Sequence record: AP018399.1
Direction: 5' to 3' (one strand)
DNA: 64,000 bases
Below the pieces are notes generated by a model. That model was not told where the DNA came from. It searched no databases and saw nothing but the letters and a program-made list of their open reading frames with translations. How positions within the stretch are numbered: the stretch's first letter is position 1; each line of letters opens with the position of its first letter. Position numbers and translations under genes: made by a program. Below, one piece after another: positions 35,583 through 44,708 of the stretch.

Positions 35583-36152
35583 TTAGTTGTGCGGGTTTTT
35601 GCTTCCAAATATATTATGGACGTAAGTGTGGAAGACAAGACCGTCACCACCCTCTCGCTTGTTATATATCTGATAACTATTGCGTAGTTTCTCATGTGGG
35701 AAGAACCGGTCGCAGCCATGCTTGCCCGGAATCATTGTGAGATACACGCAATCGGCCATGTTCAAGCCTGACGCGAAGATGCGTTCGCCACCGATGAAGA
35801 ACACGTCACCGGGCATGTTGCGGGAAATATTCAACGCATCGCTGACAGTCGTAACCTCATGTACGTTGTTGTATTTCCACTCTTCCATTTCACGAATGGA
35901 CATTGCATTGGGCCGCTCCCCAAGCTCTAGAGGGGTGCTGGTAACCACAATGCATTGACGACCGGGCAGAACAGGCTTGCCCTTTGCGTAAGTCAACAGG
36001 TCATCAAATGTTTTACGGCCCATGACGCAGACATGGCCCTTGGTCTTTTCCTTAAAGAATTTAAAGTCTTCCGGATAGTGCCACGGAATCTTGCCGTCCT
36101 TGCCGAAGCCGAATTCTTCATCGACGGCCGCAATCAAATTAATCGTTCTCAC
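35583..36152 (-). CDS. frd: dihydrofolate reductase
   Basis: IAAV, GxDGKIPW, DFKFFK, MGRKTF, LPGR, IGG, DxFFP. Confidence 0.93.
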   Translation of the reverse strand: MRTINLIAAVDEEFGFGKDGKIPWHYPEDFKFFKEKTKGHVCVMGRKTFDDLLTYAKGKPVLPGRQCIVVTSTPLELGERPNAMSIREMEEWKYNNVHEVTTVSDALNISRNMPGDVFFIGGERIFASGLNMADCVYLTMIPGKHGCDRFFPHEKLRNSYQIYNKREGGDGLVFHTYVHNIFGSKNPHN

Positions 36153-36420
36153 GGGATGCCTCGTCGTTGCTTTTCTTTAAGCTTTCCACATCAAGGTTCT
36201 TGACTTCGCTGATGTAGAACAGTTCGCGAGGGTCTACCCACTTGTGGAACGTCGGGTCACCGCCTGCAATGCCCGTGGGTGCAATCTCCACGACCGTCAT
36301 GCTGCCAACGACCTCATTCACTCTGCGCTTGTGGAACACCGGCTTGGCGGCTTTACGTCCGGTCAGCGTCCACTCTTTGCCTTCATAAACAAACGTCTTT
36401 TCGTCTGTTGTATCAACCAT
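36139..36420 (-). CDS. hypothetical protein
   Basis: AAGGA RBS, 93 aa. Confidence 0.7.
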   Translation of the reverse strand: MVDTTDEKTFVYEGKEWTLTGRKAAKPVFHKRRVNEVVGSMTVVEIAPTGIAGGDPTFHKWVDPRELFYISEVKNLDVESLKKSNDEASREND

Positions 36421-36453
36421 TTAGAAATTCCTTAAAGTCCAATCATAAATACT

Positions 36454-36665
36454 ATCAGAATCAGACGAAATTTTCAAGAGAGCGTCTGGTTTGAAAGATT
36501 TGCAACCTACTATTTACTGACAGTTTGGACTAATGCGAAGCATAACAACTCCTGCTCTCCCTTTACAATCCACTTATCTACCCCTAAGACAATCTTTGCA
36601 CACGGGCGCTCTCGTCTCTGATTTCACGAAGGAGAGTAATTGACTTAAACTTGAATCTCAATTAC
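36454..36665 (+). ncRNA. candidate structured RNA or leader upstream of phoH
   Basis: CATAAATA at 36444; long-range complementarity 36459-36500 with 36591-36623. Confidence 0.3.
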
Positions 36666-36732
36666 AATCGACCTGTACCTCGCGCTTGTTAAACCCCCAA
36701 ATAAATTTTACACGAAACTTAGGAGTTGTCCA

Positions 36733-37512
36733 ATGGCCCGTAAAAGCCAAGCACGCAAAGCACGCAAGAACACGACGTTTGATGACCAGTGGCTAGCCGA
36801 AAGTCTGAATCAGACTGCTATCAAGGAAGGCCCACGTCGTAAGAAGTGGTCACTACATGACCTAAAGAACATCCAGCCGAAGTCGGAGGCTCAGCGCGAG
36901 CTATTCGAATCGTACCTTGGCTATGACAATCACGTCGTCGCTAATGGTTTCCCCGGCACAGGTAAGACCTATCTGTCCTTCTGGTTGGCTCTAAACAGCG
37001 TGCTATCGCCGGAACACGAACAAGACCACATCATCGTTGTTCGTAGCGCAGTACCATCACGAGATATCGGCTTCCTACCGGGTACCGAGAAGGAAAAGAT
37101 GGCCCCGTTCGAAGTCGCTTACAAGGATATCGTTGCTGACCTAATCGGCAAGCCATCCTCATACGACGATATGTGCGAAGCTGGTAAGATTAAGTTCATG
37201 CCAACCTCGTTCCTACGTGGTCTAACTTGGGATAACGCCGTCATCATCATTGACGAAATCCAGAACCTAACGTGGCAGGAAATCCACACGGTTATGACCC
37301 GTGTTGGTAAGAACTCTCGCGTTCTAGTCTGCGGTGACGTTTCACAGAACGACCTTCTAAACAAGCGTAGCGAAGAAACTGGTATCGGTAACTTCCTAAA
37401 GGTCGCCGAGAAGATGCGTAAGTTTGACGTGGTTCAGTTCCATAAGGAAGACGTGGTACGAAGCGGCTTCGTGAAGGATTGGATTATCGCCAAGGAAGAT
37501 TTGGCACTATAA
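36733..37512 (+). CDS. phoH: PhoH-family ATPase
   Basis: GFPGTGKT, IGFLPG, FLRGLT, IIDEIQN, TRVG, GDVSQ, VVRS. Confidence 0.93.
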   Translation: MARKSQARKARKNTTFDDQWLAESLNQTAIKEGPRRKKWSLHDLKNIQPKSEAQRELFESYLGYDNHVVANGFPGTGKTYLSFWLALNSVLSPEHEQDHIIVVRSAVPSRDIGFLPGTEKEKMAPFEVAYKDIVADLIGKPSSYDDMCEAGKIKFMPTSFLRGLTWDNAVIIIDEIQNLTWQEIHTVMTRVGKNSRVLVCGDVSQNDLLNKRSEETGIGNFLKVAEKMRKFDVVQFHKEDVVRSGFVKDWIIAKEDLAL

Positions 37513-37513
37513 G

Positions 37514-37542
37514 GAAAGGGGCTTCGGCCCCTTTCTTCTTTT
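37514..37542 (+). terminator. intrinsic terminator
   Basis: GAAAGGGGC-ttcg-GCCCCTTTC plus T tract. Confidence 0.9.
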
Positions 37543-37600
37543 GACTTAAAATTAAGACCTATAGCCATAAATACTAGGAAACCATTCCCAAGGAAAATCA

Positions 37601-37912
37601 ATGGCAACCAGCATTCTAACTCCCGGACAGACAGCCGAAGACTCAGCTACATTCACTGTTGCTGACGGTGCTTCGCTACTCGTGTCCATCTACACGGACA
37701 ATGGCAACGACATGCCTTCCGGTCCTGTTCTATCGTTGAAGCGTGCCGATATCAACGGCAACTTCATCAACGTTGCCACGGCTGGCTTTGGACGTATCAC
37801 ATTCACTTGGGGTTGCCAACAGGTGGTAATCACAAGTCCGGGTACCTACATGGTTTCGCGCCCAGATATTTCGGTATGGGGAGCTAACATCGGCGTTCAA
37901 ACTGGTGCTTAA
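37601..37912 (+). CDS. late (probable virion) beta-rich protein
   Basis: CATAAATA at 37566-37573, AAGGA RBS. Confidence 0.7.
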   Translation: MATSILTPGQTAEDSATFTVADGASLLVSIYTDNGNDMPSGPVLSLKRADINGNFINVATAGFGRITFTWGCQQVVITSPGTYMVSRPDISVWGANIGVQTGA

Positions 37913-37914
37913 TT

Positions 37915-38556
37915 GTGATTATTCAGCCGATTGTTAATGCTATCGTTAATCTAGAAGAAGCTGGTCCCGGACCGGCTCCTTCGCCGTTTCCGACTCCCTC
38001 GGTAACACGTAGCATTGCAGCGACACCATCACCTTCTGTCACTCCTACGCCATCGGCTAGCAAACCTGCATCGTCTCGTACTCCAACCCCGACCGTTTCC
38101 GTGACGGCAACACCAGCGGTTACAACCAGCCGCACTCCAACACCGACTCCAACCCATACAGTGACGGTTTCATTGACCAGCACTCCATTGGTTTCGGCAA
38201 CTCGTACTCCAACCCCAACACCCAACGTAGCGTCTCCTACGCCGACTCCTACGTTGACTGCTACAGTTACCCCATCGGTAACTCCTTCGGCCTCTGCAAC
38301 GCAGCCACAAATCAATGTGAGTGGCGTGCCTACGACCGGTAGTGTTGGCGTTGAGTATAACGGCGTTCTAAGCGCAACTGGCGGCAACGGTCTGTACCAT
38401 TACAGTGAGTGGCTAAACAACCTTCCTATCGGCCTAAGCATCGTTGGGAATACCATTACTGGATTCCCAAGCACACCGGGAACATTCGAAGTAGGATTGC
38501 AAGTAGAATCTGCTGGAATGACCGACCAAGAAATTGTCACCATCATAATCTCCTAA
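37915..38556 (+). CDS. Pro/Thr-tract protein with C-terminal Ig-like (He_PIG-type) domain
   Basis: ~110-aa PT tract then GSVGVEY...ATGG...LPIGLSI...ITGFPSTPGTF. Confidence 0.75.
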   Translation: MIIQPIVNAIVNLEEAGPGPAPSPFPTPSVTRSIAATPSPSVTPTPSASKPASSRTPTPTVSVTATPAVTTSRTPTPTPTHTVTVSLTSTPLVSATRTPTPTPNVASPTPTPTLTATVTPSVTPSASATQPQINVSGVPTTGSVGVEYNGVLSATGGNGLYHYSEWLNNLPIGLSIVGNTITGFPSTPGTFEVGLQVESAGMTDQEIVTIIIS

Positions 38557-38557
38557 T

Positions 38558-38588
38558 AAGAAACCCGCCTCTCGGCGGGTTTTCTCTT
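38558..38588. terminator. bidirectional intrinsic terminator
   Basis: AAACCCGCC-tctc-GGCGGGTTT. Confidence 0.9.
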
Positions 38589-38871
38589 ATCGGAGTGTGG
38601 TGTAGTCCGTGACGTGGACATTGGAGAAGCCTAGCTGCTCCGAATACTTAAATCCATGTACAACGTCTTCATCCCCGGTTGTAACGCCGTAGATGATGAA
38701 TGCCTTCTTTCTGTCCGGTGTTGCCATCAACAGGTTGGTGAATTTCTTTAGAGGAAGATTCACGGCTCCGTCAATGTGGCCGTCGCGGAACGAGACAGGA
38801 CTACGCATATCGACAACGATAGCTCCCTTGTCAATCAATTTCTTCGCTTTGTCTTTTGTAATTGTTTTCAT
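38587..38871 (-). CDS. rhodanese-like domain protein lacking the catalytic Cys
   Basis: VVDMRSPxxFxDGHIDGAVNLP, LGF; IIYG where YC is expected; ATG 38871. Confidence 0.8.
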   Translation of the reverse strand: MKTITKDKAKKLIDKGAIVVDMRSPVSFRDGHIDGAVNLPLKKFTNLLMATPDRKKAFIIYGVTTGDEDVVHGFKYSEQLGFSNVHVTDYTTLR

Positions 38872-38891
38872 TTTTCTTTCCTCAAATAAAG

Positions 38892-38928
38892 CACCCCGTA
38901 TGTTAGTCATACGGGGTGTCATTGTCAA
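38892..38928 (-). promoter_or_regulatory. sigma70 promoter overlapped by 11-bp inverted repeat
   Basis: TTGACA-17-TAACAT; CACCCCGTATG/CATACGGGGTG. Confidence 0.65.
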
Positions 38929-38943
38929 TCAATGAATTGTTAT

Positions 38944-39384
38944 TTAGATGGCTGGCGGGCCGTCTGGTTTCGGATTTGTTATCATACCCCAAGCTTTCCG
39001 GAAGGTTGGAAATGCATCCGTCCCCTTATCCTTGATGATTTCAACAAACAAAGCCGTTCCCAATTTCATTGTTTCAAACTTATTCTTCCGTACTTCATCC
39101 GTTCCAATGTAGTCTTCCAGTTGGTTCGGAGTCTTGGTGATGTTGTAAAGGTGAATCATTACGTTGGAACACCTTACGTCTACTGCTTTTACGATGTGCG
39201 CTTGAATGTAAGGGTCCGGGACTGGAACCGTACTACCAAACTTGATATCACCTACACAGAATTGAGCTTGCTCATACGCTGATTCGAACTCTGTGTGAAA
39301 CTCATCATCAGTTAGGCGTGCTGCTGTTGCCGAACCTAGAACCCCAAACATCAAAACCAACGCTAGTAGCAGTCTCATTGTCAC
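38944..39384 (-). CDS. exported hypothetical protein
   Basis: signal peptide ending ATA-A. Confidence 0.7.
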   Translation of the reverse strand: MTMRLLLALVLMFGVLGSATAARLTDDEFHTEFESAYEQAQFCVGDIKFGSTVPVPDPYIQAHIVKAVDVRCSNVMIHLYNITKTPNQLEDYIGTDEVRKNKFETMKLGTALFVEIIKDKGTDAFPTFRKAWGMITNPKPDGPPAI

Positions 39385-39962
39385 TCCGGTAGATAATTCA
39401 GTACATCATAAAGATTATCTATCACGTCGAAATTCGGGGTGAGCGCATTGTGCCAAACCTTGTTCCAAGGCTGAGAGTACAGCAGCGTGTGCTTGACTCG
39501 GCCCGAACCCATCATGGCTGTACAGTGGTCGTAACGGTCGTCCACGAACAGGGCAATGTTCTCAATGTGGCGAGTCACCCGTTCCTTGCATTCGAACAGA
39601 GGGACGATGTTGATACGGTCGTAGGACACGTAATGGTCGTCCAGCCACTTCTTGGTAATGTCGTAGGCACCCGGACACCAACCACGGGCCGTCACAAATT
39701 CAACGTTGTATCCGCGAGCTTTGAGGATGGCAGTGACTTCAATCAGACCATCATGAGGCTTCATCAATGCAAGTGAATTGTCTGCGATGAATAGTTCACT
39801 CAACTGGTCGCTGGTGATGCCGTAGCGGTCCTTGGCATTGTAGTCCGTCCAGTCATTCCAACTGATTTCGGGGTTGCCTGTCTCTCTACGGTAGATTTCC
39901 TGTAGGCGACTTTTCAGGTCGCCCACAGTATCATCAATGTCAAAAATTACAGTCTGTGTCAT
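39381..39962 (-). CDS. HAD-superfamily phosphatase/nucleotidase
   Basis: IFDIDDTV, VTAR, FVDD, PWN. Confidence 0.85.
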   Translation of the reverse strand: MTQTVIFDIDDTVGDLKSRLQEIYRRETGNPEISWNDWTDYNAKDRYGITSDQLSELFIADNSLALMKPHDGLIEVTAILKARGYNVEFVTARGWCPGAYDITKKWLDDHYVSYDRINIVPLFECKERVTRHIENIALFVDDRYDHCTAMMGSGRVKHTLLYSQPWNKVWHNALTPNFDVIDNLYDVLNYLPE

Positions 39963-40222
39963 AGTGGTCCGTGAATGGCCTCATACTGACGACGCTGTTC
40001 AGCGAAGTAAGCGATGGTGGCCGGGTTGTCTGAATCGCCGATACCGAAGCACGGCTTCGTCTTACCATCTAGCATGGCTTCGATGAAGTCAGCAGCATCG
40101 GAAGCAACCTTGTCCGCAGACGGGTTGCCACTCTTATCCACATGGAATTTTACGTCTACGACTCCACGTTCCTTGAGTCGTTCGCTCAGGGCGTCCAGTC
40201 GTGCTTTCAGTTCGGTATTCAT
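39959..40222 (-). CDS. hypothetical protein
   Basis: AAGGA RBS, ATGA overlap. Confidence 0.7.
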   Translation of the reverse strand: MNTELKARLDALSERLKERGVVDVKFHVDKSGNPSADKVASDAADFIEAMLDGKTKPCFGIGDSDNPATIAYFAEQRRQYEAIHGPL

Positions 40223-40231
40223 ATAAGTTCC

Positions 40232-40834
40232 TTAAACTAGACCGCGTTCTAGCTGCTCGCGTTCGGCATCTAGGTCACGGTTGTCTGCGAAGTAGCTGCT
40301 GAACTTGTCTGGATAGCGGACAATCAGCTTGTTCACCACGTTGGTCAAACCGGTGTAGTAGTCCAGCTTCAATTCGTCGTTGATGATGGCGACGTACCAA
40401 GCGGCGTCCGACACTTCTTCCTGAATGTTCACGGCGTCAATTGCCTCGCCAGCAACACCCTTGTTCAGTACCGCAGCCAGTTCGCCAGCTTCGGTCACGA
40501 AGCCAAGCAGGCCGTGTAGAACACGCGGGTTCATGCTGATGCTATCGGTCAACGATTCGGCCGTAACGCCCTCACTTAGAATTGCAGTGGCTTCCTGTAG
40601 GATGCCATTGAAATGGGCGAGCTTGGTGGTCAGCTTTTCACTCTTGCCGTAGAACAACTGCTTCTTGAAGCCGTCTAGGATTTCAGCCGTTGCGATTGCA
40701 GCCGAGATAGCCGCCACGAATGCACGAGCATTGGTGCGTAGTGCTGGCGGTAGCGATTCCGTTCTTAGGGCGAGCGGAATGAACTTCTCAAATGAATCTG
40801 CATCGGCTCTGGTAATTAGTTTTGTATCTGTCAT
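40232..40834 (-). CDS. MazG-like NTP pyrophosphohydrolase
   Basis: LHGLLGxxTEAGEL...EEVSDxxWY...NKLxxRYP. Confidence 0.75.
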   Translation of the reverse strand: MTDTKLITRADADSFEKFIPLALRTESLPPALRTNARAFVAAISAAIATAEILDGFKKQLFYGKSEKLTTKLAHFNGILQEATAILSEGVTAESLTDSISMNPRVLHGLLGFVTEAGELAAVLNKGVAGEAIDAVNIQEEVSDAAWYVAIINDELKLDYYTGLTNVVNKLIVRYPDKFSSYFADNRDLDAEREQLERGLV

Positions 40835-40835
40835 T

Positions 40836-41021
40836 TTAGTCCTTAAGGTCGAAGTTCTTGAGTTTGTCAGTTGAATTTATGGTTCCACACTTCGGGCACT
40901 TACCCTGTGACCCGACTAGCTTGGCGTCACACCCACCGCACCAGAACTTGTCCTTGTCGGACACAGAATGGCTCTTGATGCGATTCTCTTTCTTGATGCG
41001 GTAGGTGTATTCGTCGGTCAT
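40836..41021 (-). CDS. small zinc-ribbon protein
   Basis: WCGGCD...KCPKCG. Confidence 0.7.
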   Translation of the reverse strand: MTDEYTYRIKKENRIKSHSVSDKDKFWCGGCDAKLVGSQGKCPKCGTINSTDKLKNFDLKD

Positions 41022-42232
41022 AGGCGAGTATCTAGCGTGTTCTCTTCTTCAATCTCAAACAGCAAGTTCTTCGCAATTGTATCATATTTGGTTTCGAAGT
41101 CAACGTCGTTCCAGTTCAGCTTGAGCATTTCCTTGCCCAGCTTGTATTCGTGGTGCGACAGCTTGCGCTTCTTGCCAACACGCTTCTTGCGGACCAATTC
41201 TTTAAGCTTCTCTTCACGCTGGTAGTCGTAGCCGTAAATGATTCGCAGGTAGTCCTTGTTGCGAACCTTCATGCAGTGAACGGCATCCGTCGCAGCCGGG
41301 TCCACCGGCTTAATCATGATGCCTTCGTAGCCATTGACGACCAGCATGTCAAGGAACTCAGCCACTTCAACAACCTGTTCCGGCGTCACCAGAAGACCGG
41401 TACGCTCAATTGGAACGGGATTCTTGTAGTTGACCGTCGTGTACTTCAAGTAAGTATTCGCCAGCCAACCATCGTCAACGTTGAACGTACCGTCTTCGAA
41501 GTCGATGCGCAGAATGTCGAATGCCTTGAACTCAATCTGACCATCACGAGCGTACAAGCGAAGCTGCTGCTCGTACAGTTCCAAGTCGTTGCGTTCCTGC
41601 TGAATGCTGTACTTCTCTACGGCGTCGAAATTGACGTAGGTTTCGTAGCGAGGGTACTTCTTCTGCAAGTCCTTCTTCGACATACCGGCCTGAGAGTCGG
41701 TGATGAAGTCGATAGCGTTCTGGCTGTTCTGGACAGCCTTGCGGGCTTCGTCCAGACCATACTTCTCAAGGAAGTCCACTTCCGCGTTGACACAGGTCAA
41801 CAGACCTTCGAACTCGCGGTCAATCAGACTTCCACCGATGGCCTTCCACGGTAGCAGTTCGCCGTCAAGGATGATAGCGTTCGCGCGAGATTCCACTTCG
41901 GTTTCGATACCGTCGAAGATGAACATCCAGTCGGCGAAGACGTGGCTCAAGTCCAGCTTAATCTTGTAACCGTTACGCGACACGGCGAAGCACTTCTCCG
42001 GCTCATCGCGGAACAAGTACAACTGGCAACGCGAACCCATCCACTTCGGCTGAATGTGGAGTGCAGGAACACCCTTCTCGGCGAAGTAGGCCATCGCCTT
42101 CTCAAGCGATTCGATATCGTCGTAATCATGATTACTCTCGGCAGGCGACACCGTACCTGACACGTACTTGATGCCGTCGTTCTTGAGCCACTTGATGCGG
42201 CGATTGATTTTGTTCTGTAGTGCGAAATCCAT
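41018..42232 (-). CDS. stand-alone Pnkp-type RNA ligase (adenylyltransferase) module
   Basis: TVSP, KWMGSR (motif I), LDGELLPW, FDIL, EGIMIKP, KVRxxDYLRIIYG, LDTRL; ATG 42232. Confidence 0.85.
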   Translation of the reverse strand: MDFALQNKINRRIKWLKNDGIKYVSGTVSPAESNHDYDDIESLEKAMAYFAEKGVPALHIQPKWMGSRCQLYLFRDEPEKCFAVSRNGYKIKLDLSHVFADWMFIFDGIETEVESRANAIILDGELLPWKAIGGSLIDREFEGLLTCVNAEVDFLEKYGLDEARKAVQNSQNAIDFITDSQAGMSKKDLQKKYPRYETYVNFDAVEKYSIQQERNDLELYEQQLRLYARDGQIEFKAFDILRIDFEDGTFNVDDGWLANTYLKYTTVNYKNPVPIERTGLLVTPEQVVEVAEFLDMLVVNGYEGIMIKPVDPAATDAVHCMKVRNKDYLRIIYGYDYQREEKLKELVRKKRVGKKRKLSHHEYKLGKEMLKLNWNDVDFETKYDTIAKNLLFEIEEENTLDTRL

Positions 42233-42234
42233 GT

Positions 42235-43524
42235 TTAATCCTTGGTGATGATGCAGCCCTGAGCCATCGAAATGTCGTTCACTTGGTCGCCAACACCGAA
42301 GTCGCGCACCGTGAACTGACCGCCGACTTCTGCTAGGCATTCAGCGATGAACGTCTGGAATTCCTGACGGTCAAGCTCAAAGTGGTGGTCGTCGTGACGG
42401 AACGGTCCACCCATCGTTGTGTAGAACTGGTTGAACGTGACATTCGGCGTGCTGATAAGCAGCTTGCGGAAGTTACGCTTTGCCAGCTTGATAACCAATT
42501 CCTTGGCATCGGCCAGCGGCATGTGTTCAATGACTTCAATACAAATGATATCGTGCAGACCATCCATCTGTACTTCGTCAATGTGGTTCACCACAGCCGC
42601 ATTGTGCTGATGACGTTCCACCAGCTTGTAGCCAAGCTTGTCGGTGATTTCCTTGTCAATGTCAACACCCACAATGTTGTGACCCTTGTCCTTTAGCTTC
42701 TTGGCGTAAGGCAACACGTAGTCACCGCCACCGCAGCCAACGTCCAGAATGTCACAGTCGAATGCCCCGATGTGCTTGTCTACCCATGCCTTACGCTGCT
42801 GCTGGGTGTTACCAAATTCCAAGTACATTTTGCCGTCGCTGCTGTTCTTGCCTAGCTCCTGCTCCAAGTCCTTGTAGAACGACTGCTTGATAAGCACGTT
42901 CTTCTTGAACCAGTACCACAGGAAGTATGGGCTACGAAGTTCCTGCATGATGCCGACAACCTTACCAATCATACCTTCCATGAACACAATGTCCGACGCA
43001 TACAGGTCAGCGTGCATGAGGTAGAACAGCAGGTAGACCTTCATCATGAATTCGTTGAAGGTACCATCGCTGTGAATGTGGATATCGTACAGCGCCATGC
43101 TGTTCGTTTCCGACTTCTTGGTCAGCGTGTACAATCCCGGCTGGATGAACTCGCACAGGTGATGGAACGTCTTCTCAGTGCGAAGCTGGACGTTCGGAAT
43201 GCGGATTTGATGGACGACACCGCTGTACGGCTGATTCTCGTCCAGCTTCAACACCTGATTGAACAGGGTCGTCATCGCCTGAAACACGAAGTACGTACTT
43301 GCATACTGTGTCAGGTCGAGATAGTTCTTGCCGTCTTCGTTGGAGAAGCTATTCTCGCTTGAAGTTTCACGGAACCACAGTGCGTACTTCTGGGCATCGC
43401 CATTCGGGTACCAACCCGACAGGACACCAGAACGCATTGATTTGATGGTCATTCCACCGGCCGGATTCTTCTTCAAGTAGTGCGAGAAGTTCGGGTCGGT
43501 CGATTCGATAAGCATTACTGCCAT
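42235..43524 (-). CDS. hen1: Hen1 RNA 3'-terminal 2'-O-methyltransferase
   Basis: N-terminal YLKKNP (cf. YLLHKHP), QQR, LDVGCGGG, EVIEHM, STPNxxFN, FRHDDHHFE, GVG. Confidence 0.88.
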   Translation of the reverse strand: MAVMLIESTDPNFSHYLKKNPAGGMTIKSMRSGVLSGWYPNGDAQKYALWFRETSSENSFSNEDGKNYLDLTQYASTYFVFQAMTTLFNQVLKLDENQPYSGVVHQIRIPNVQLRTEKTFHHLCEFIQPGLYTLTKKSETNSMALYDIHIHSDGTFNEFMMKVYLLFYLMHADLYASDIVFMEGMIGKVVGIMQELRSPYFLWYWFKKNVLIKQSFYKDLEQELGKNSSDGKMYLEFGNTQQQRKAWVDKHIGAFDCDILDVGCGGGDYVLPYAKKLKDKGHNIVGVDIDKEITDKLGYKLVERHQHNAAVVNHIDEVQMDGLHDIICIEVIEHMPLADAKELVIKLAKRNFRKLLISTPNVTFNQFYTTMGGPFRHDDHHFELDRQEFQTFIAECLAEVGGQFTVRDFGVGDQVNDISMAQGCIITKD

Positions 43525-43542
43525 TGTTTTAGTCCTAATGAA

Positions 43543-43580
43543 AACGCCGATAGTGTATCAGACTACCGGCGTCAAAGCAA
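43543..43580 (-). promoter_or_regulatory. sigma70 promoter within a hairpin, upstream of hen1
   Basis: TTGCTT-17-TACACT; ACGCCG(A)TAG/CTACCGGCGT arms. Confidence 0.55.
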
Positions 43581-43597
43581 GCTATAATTTTTACAGC

Positions 43598-44092
43598 TTA
43601 GGTGTTATCGACGTGGATAATCTCGTCAAAGCCTTCCTCGCGGGTCGGCTCCACATAGTTATCACGCATCGACTTGATGACGTGGCCGGGGATGCTCTTG
43701 CCAGTCGTGTCCGCACGATTCTTCAAGCGATAGCGATGCACGTCCGGGTCGGCCGTAACAACGACCGCCTTCTTGATGTATTCCTTCGGGAAACGGGACA
43801 GGATGCTCTTGCGCTTGCCCGGAGCCATGTTCGTCTGATTCCAGATGATGTTCTCGCGGTTCTTGATGGCTTCGGTCACTTCCGAATCCATGCGCTTCAT
43901 AGCAAGCTTCGAAGCAGAATCGAACACATCCGAATAGGTCTTACCCTGCTCAGCCGCGATGGCTTCAATGATGGCGTCCGACGAAGCGACGTGCCACTTC
44001 TGGCCCGGATTCTGCTTCATGAACTGGTCAATCCAGTAGTCCTTGCCGGAACCCGGCAGGCCCACCATGACAATAAGTTGAGGCTGGTTCAT
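43598..44092 (-). CDS. polynucleotide kinase-like P-loop kinase (AAA_33)
   Basis: LIVMVGLPGSGK, SSD, QTN, RxxxR. Confidence 0.85.
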   Translation of the reverse strand: MNQPQLIVMVGLPGSGKDYWIDQFMKQNPGQKWHVASSDAIIEAIAAEQGKTYSDVFDSASKLAMKRMDSEVTEAIKNRENIIWNQTNMAPGKRKSILSRFPKEYIKKAVVVTADPDVHRYRLKNRADTTGKSIPGHVIKSMRDNYVEPTREEGFDEIIHVDNT

Positions 44093-44107
44093 ATGTCTTC
44101 CAATAAA

Positions 44108-44146
44108 ATGAGCCGGTATTATAACCGGCTCATCTTAGTGCGTCAA
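44108..44146 (-). promoter_or_regulatory. sigma70 promoter with -10 forming the loop of a terminator hairpin
   Basis: TTGACG-17-TATAAT; ATGAGCCGGT/ACCGGCTCAT then T tract. Confidence 0.75.
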
Positions 44147-44153
44147 GTTGAAC

Positions 44154-44708
44154 TTACGCTTTGAAAGCGCGATAGGTCAACGAGATACGAGGACCGCAAG
44201 GACGGTCGTGCTTCGGAATCCTGTGCCAGTGGGTGTGCTGCATCCCGGCTTCCATGATGAACAAGGAACCATTACCCAACATCACCTTCTCCACGTCATC
44301 AGCGGTGCCACCGAAAGGCTTGCACCAAATCTCACGTTCGGCACCGACCGACACAACCGCAATCGGACGGGTGTGGTCGATGGATTCTGCATCGTCGGCG
44401 TGCCAGCCCAAAGCCTGACGTTCGCCTTCGTAGTAGTTCATGAAGCACAGTTCGTATGTATCGAACCCTTCCATCGCAGCAATGCGGTCACCGATTTCCT
44501 TGACATACGCATCCATCGGAGTCGGCGTGTAGGTACGCGCAAACTCGCCCGAACCGTAGGTGTACGGGTCAGTTACCGTGGCGAAGAACAGTTCGCGACG
44601 TGCGCTTGTCCTGTCCAGCCAATCCATGTTGCTAAAGTATTTGAAGTCTTCCTCCGGCGACGCCAAGAAATTGGCGTAATACTTCACCGGACTTTTAAAC
44701 GTATTCAT
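44154..44708 (-). CDS. alkB: AlkB-family 2OG-Fe(II) dioxygenase
   Basis: NYY, GWHADD (HxD), VSVGAER, GSLFIM, HRIPK, RISLTYR. Confidence 0.9.
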   Translation of the reverse strand: MNTFKSPVKYYANFLASPEEDFKYFSNMDWLDRTSARRELFFATVTDPYTYGSGEFARTYTPTPMDAYVKEIGDRIAAMEGFDTYELCFMNYYEGERQALGWHADDAESIDHTRPIAVVSVGAEREIWCKPFGGTADDVEKVMLGNGSLFIMEAGMQHTHWHRIPKHDRPCGPRISLTYRAFKA

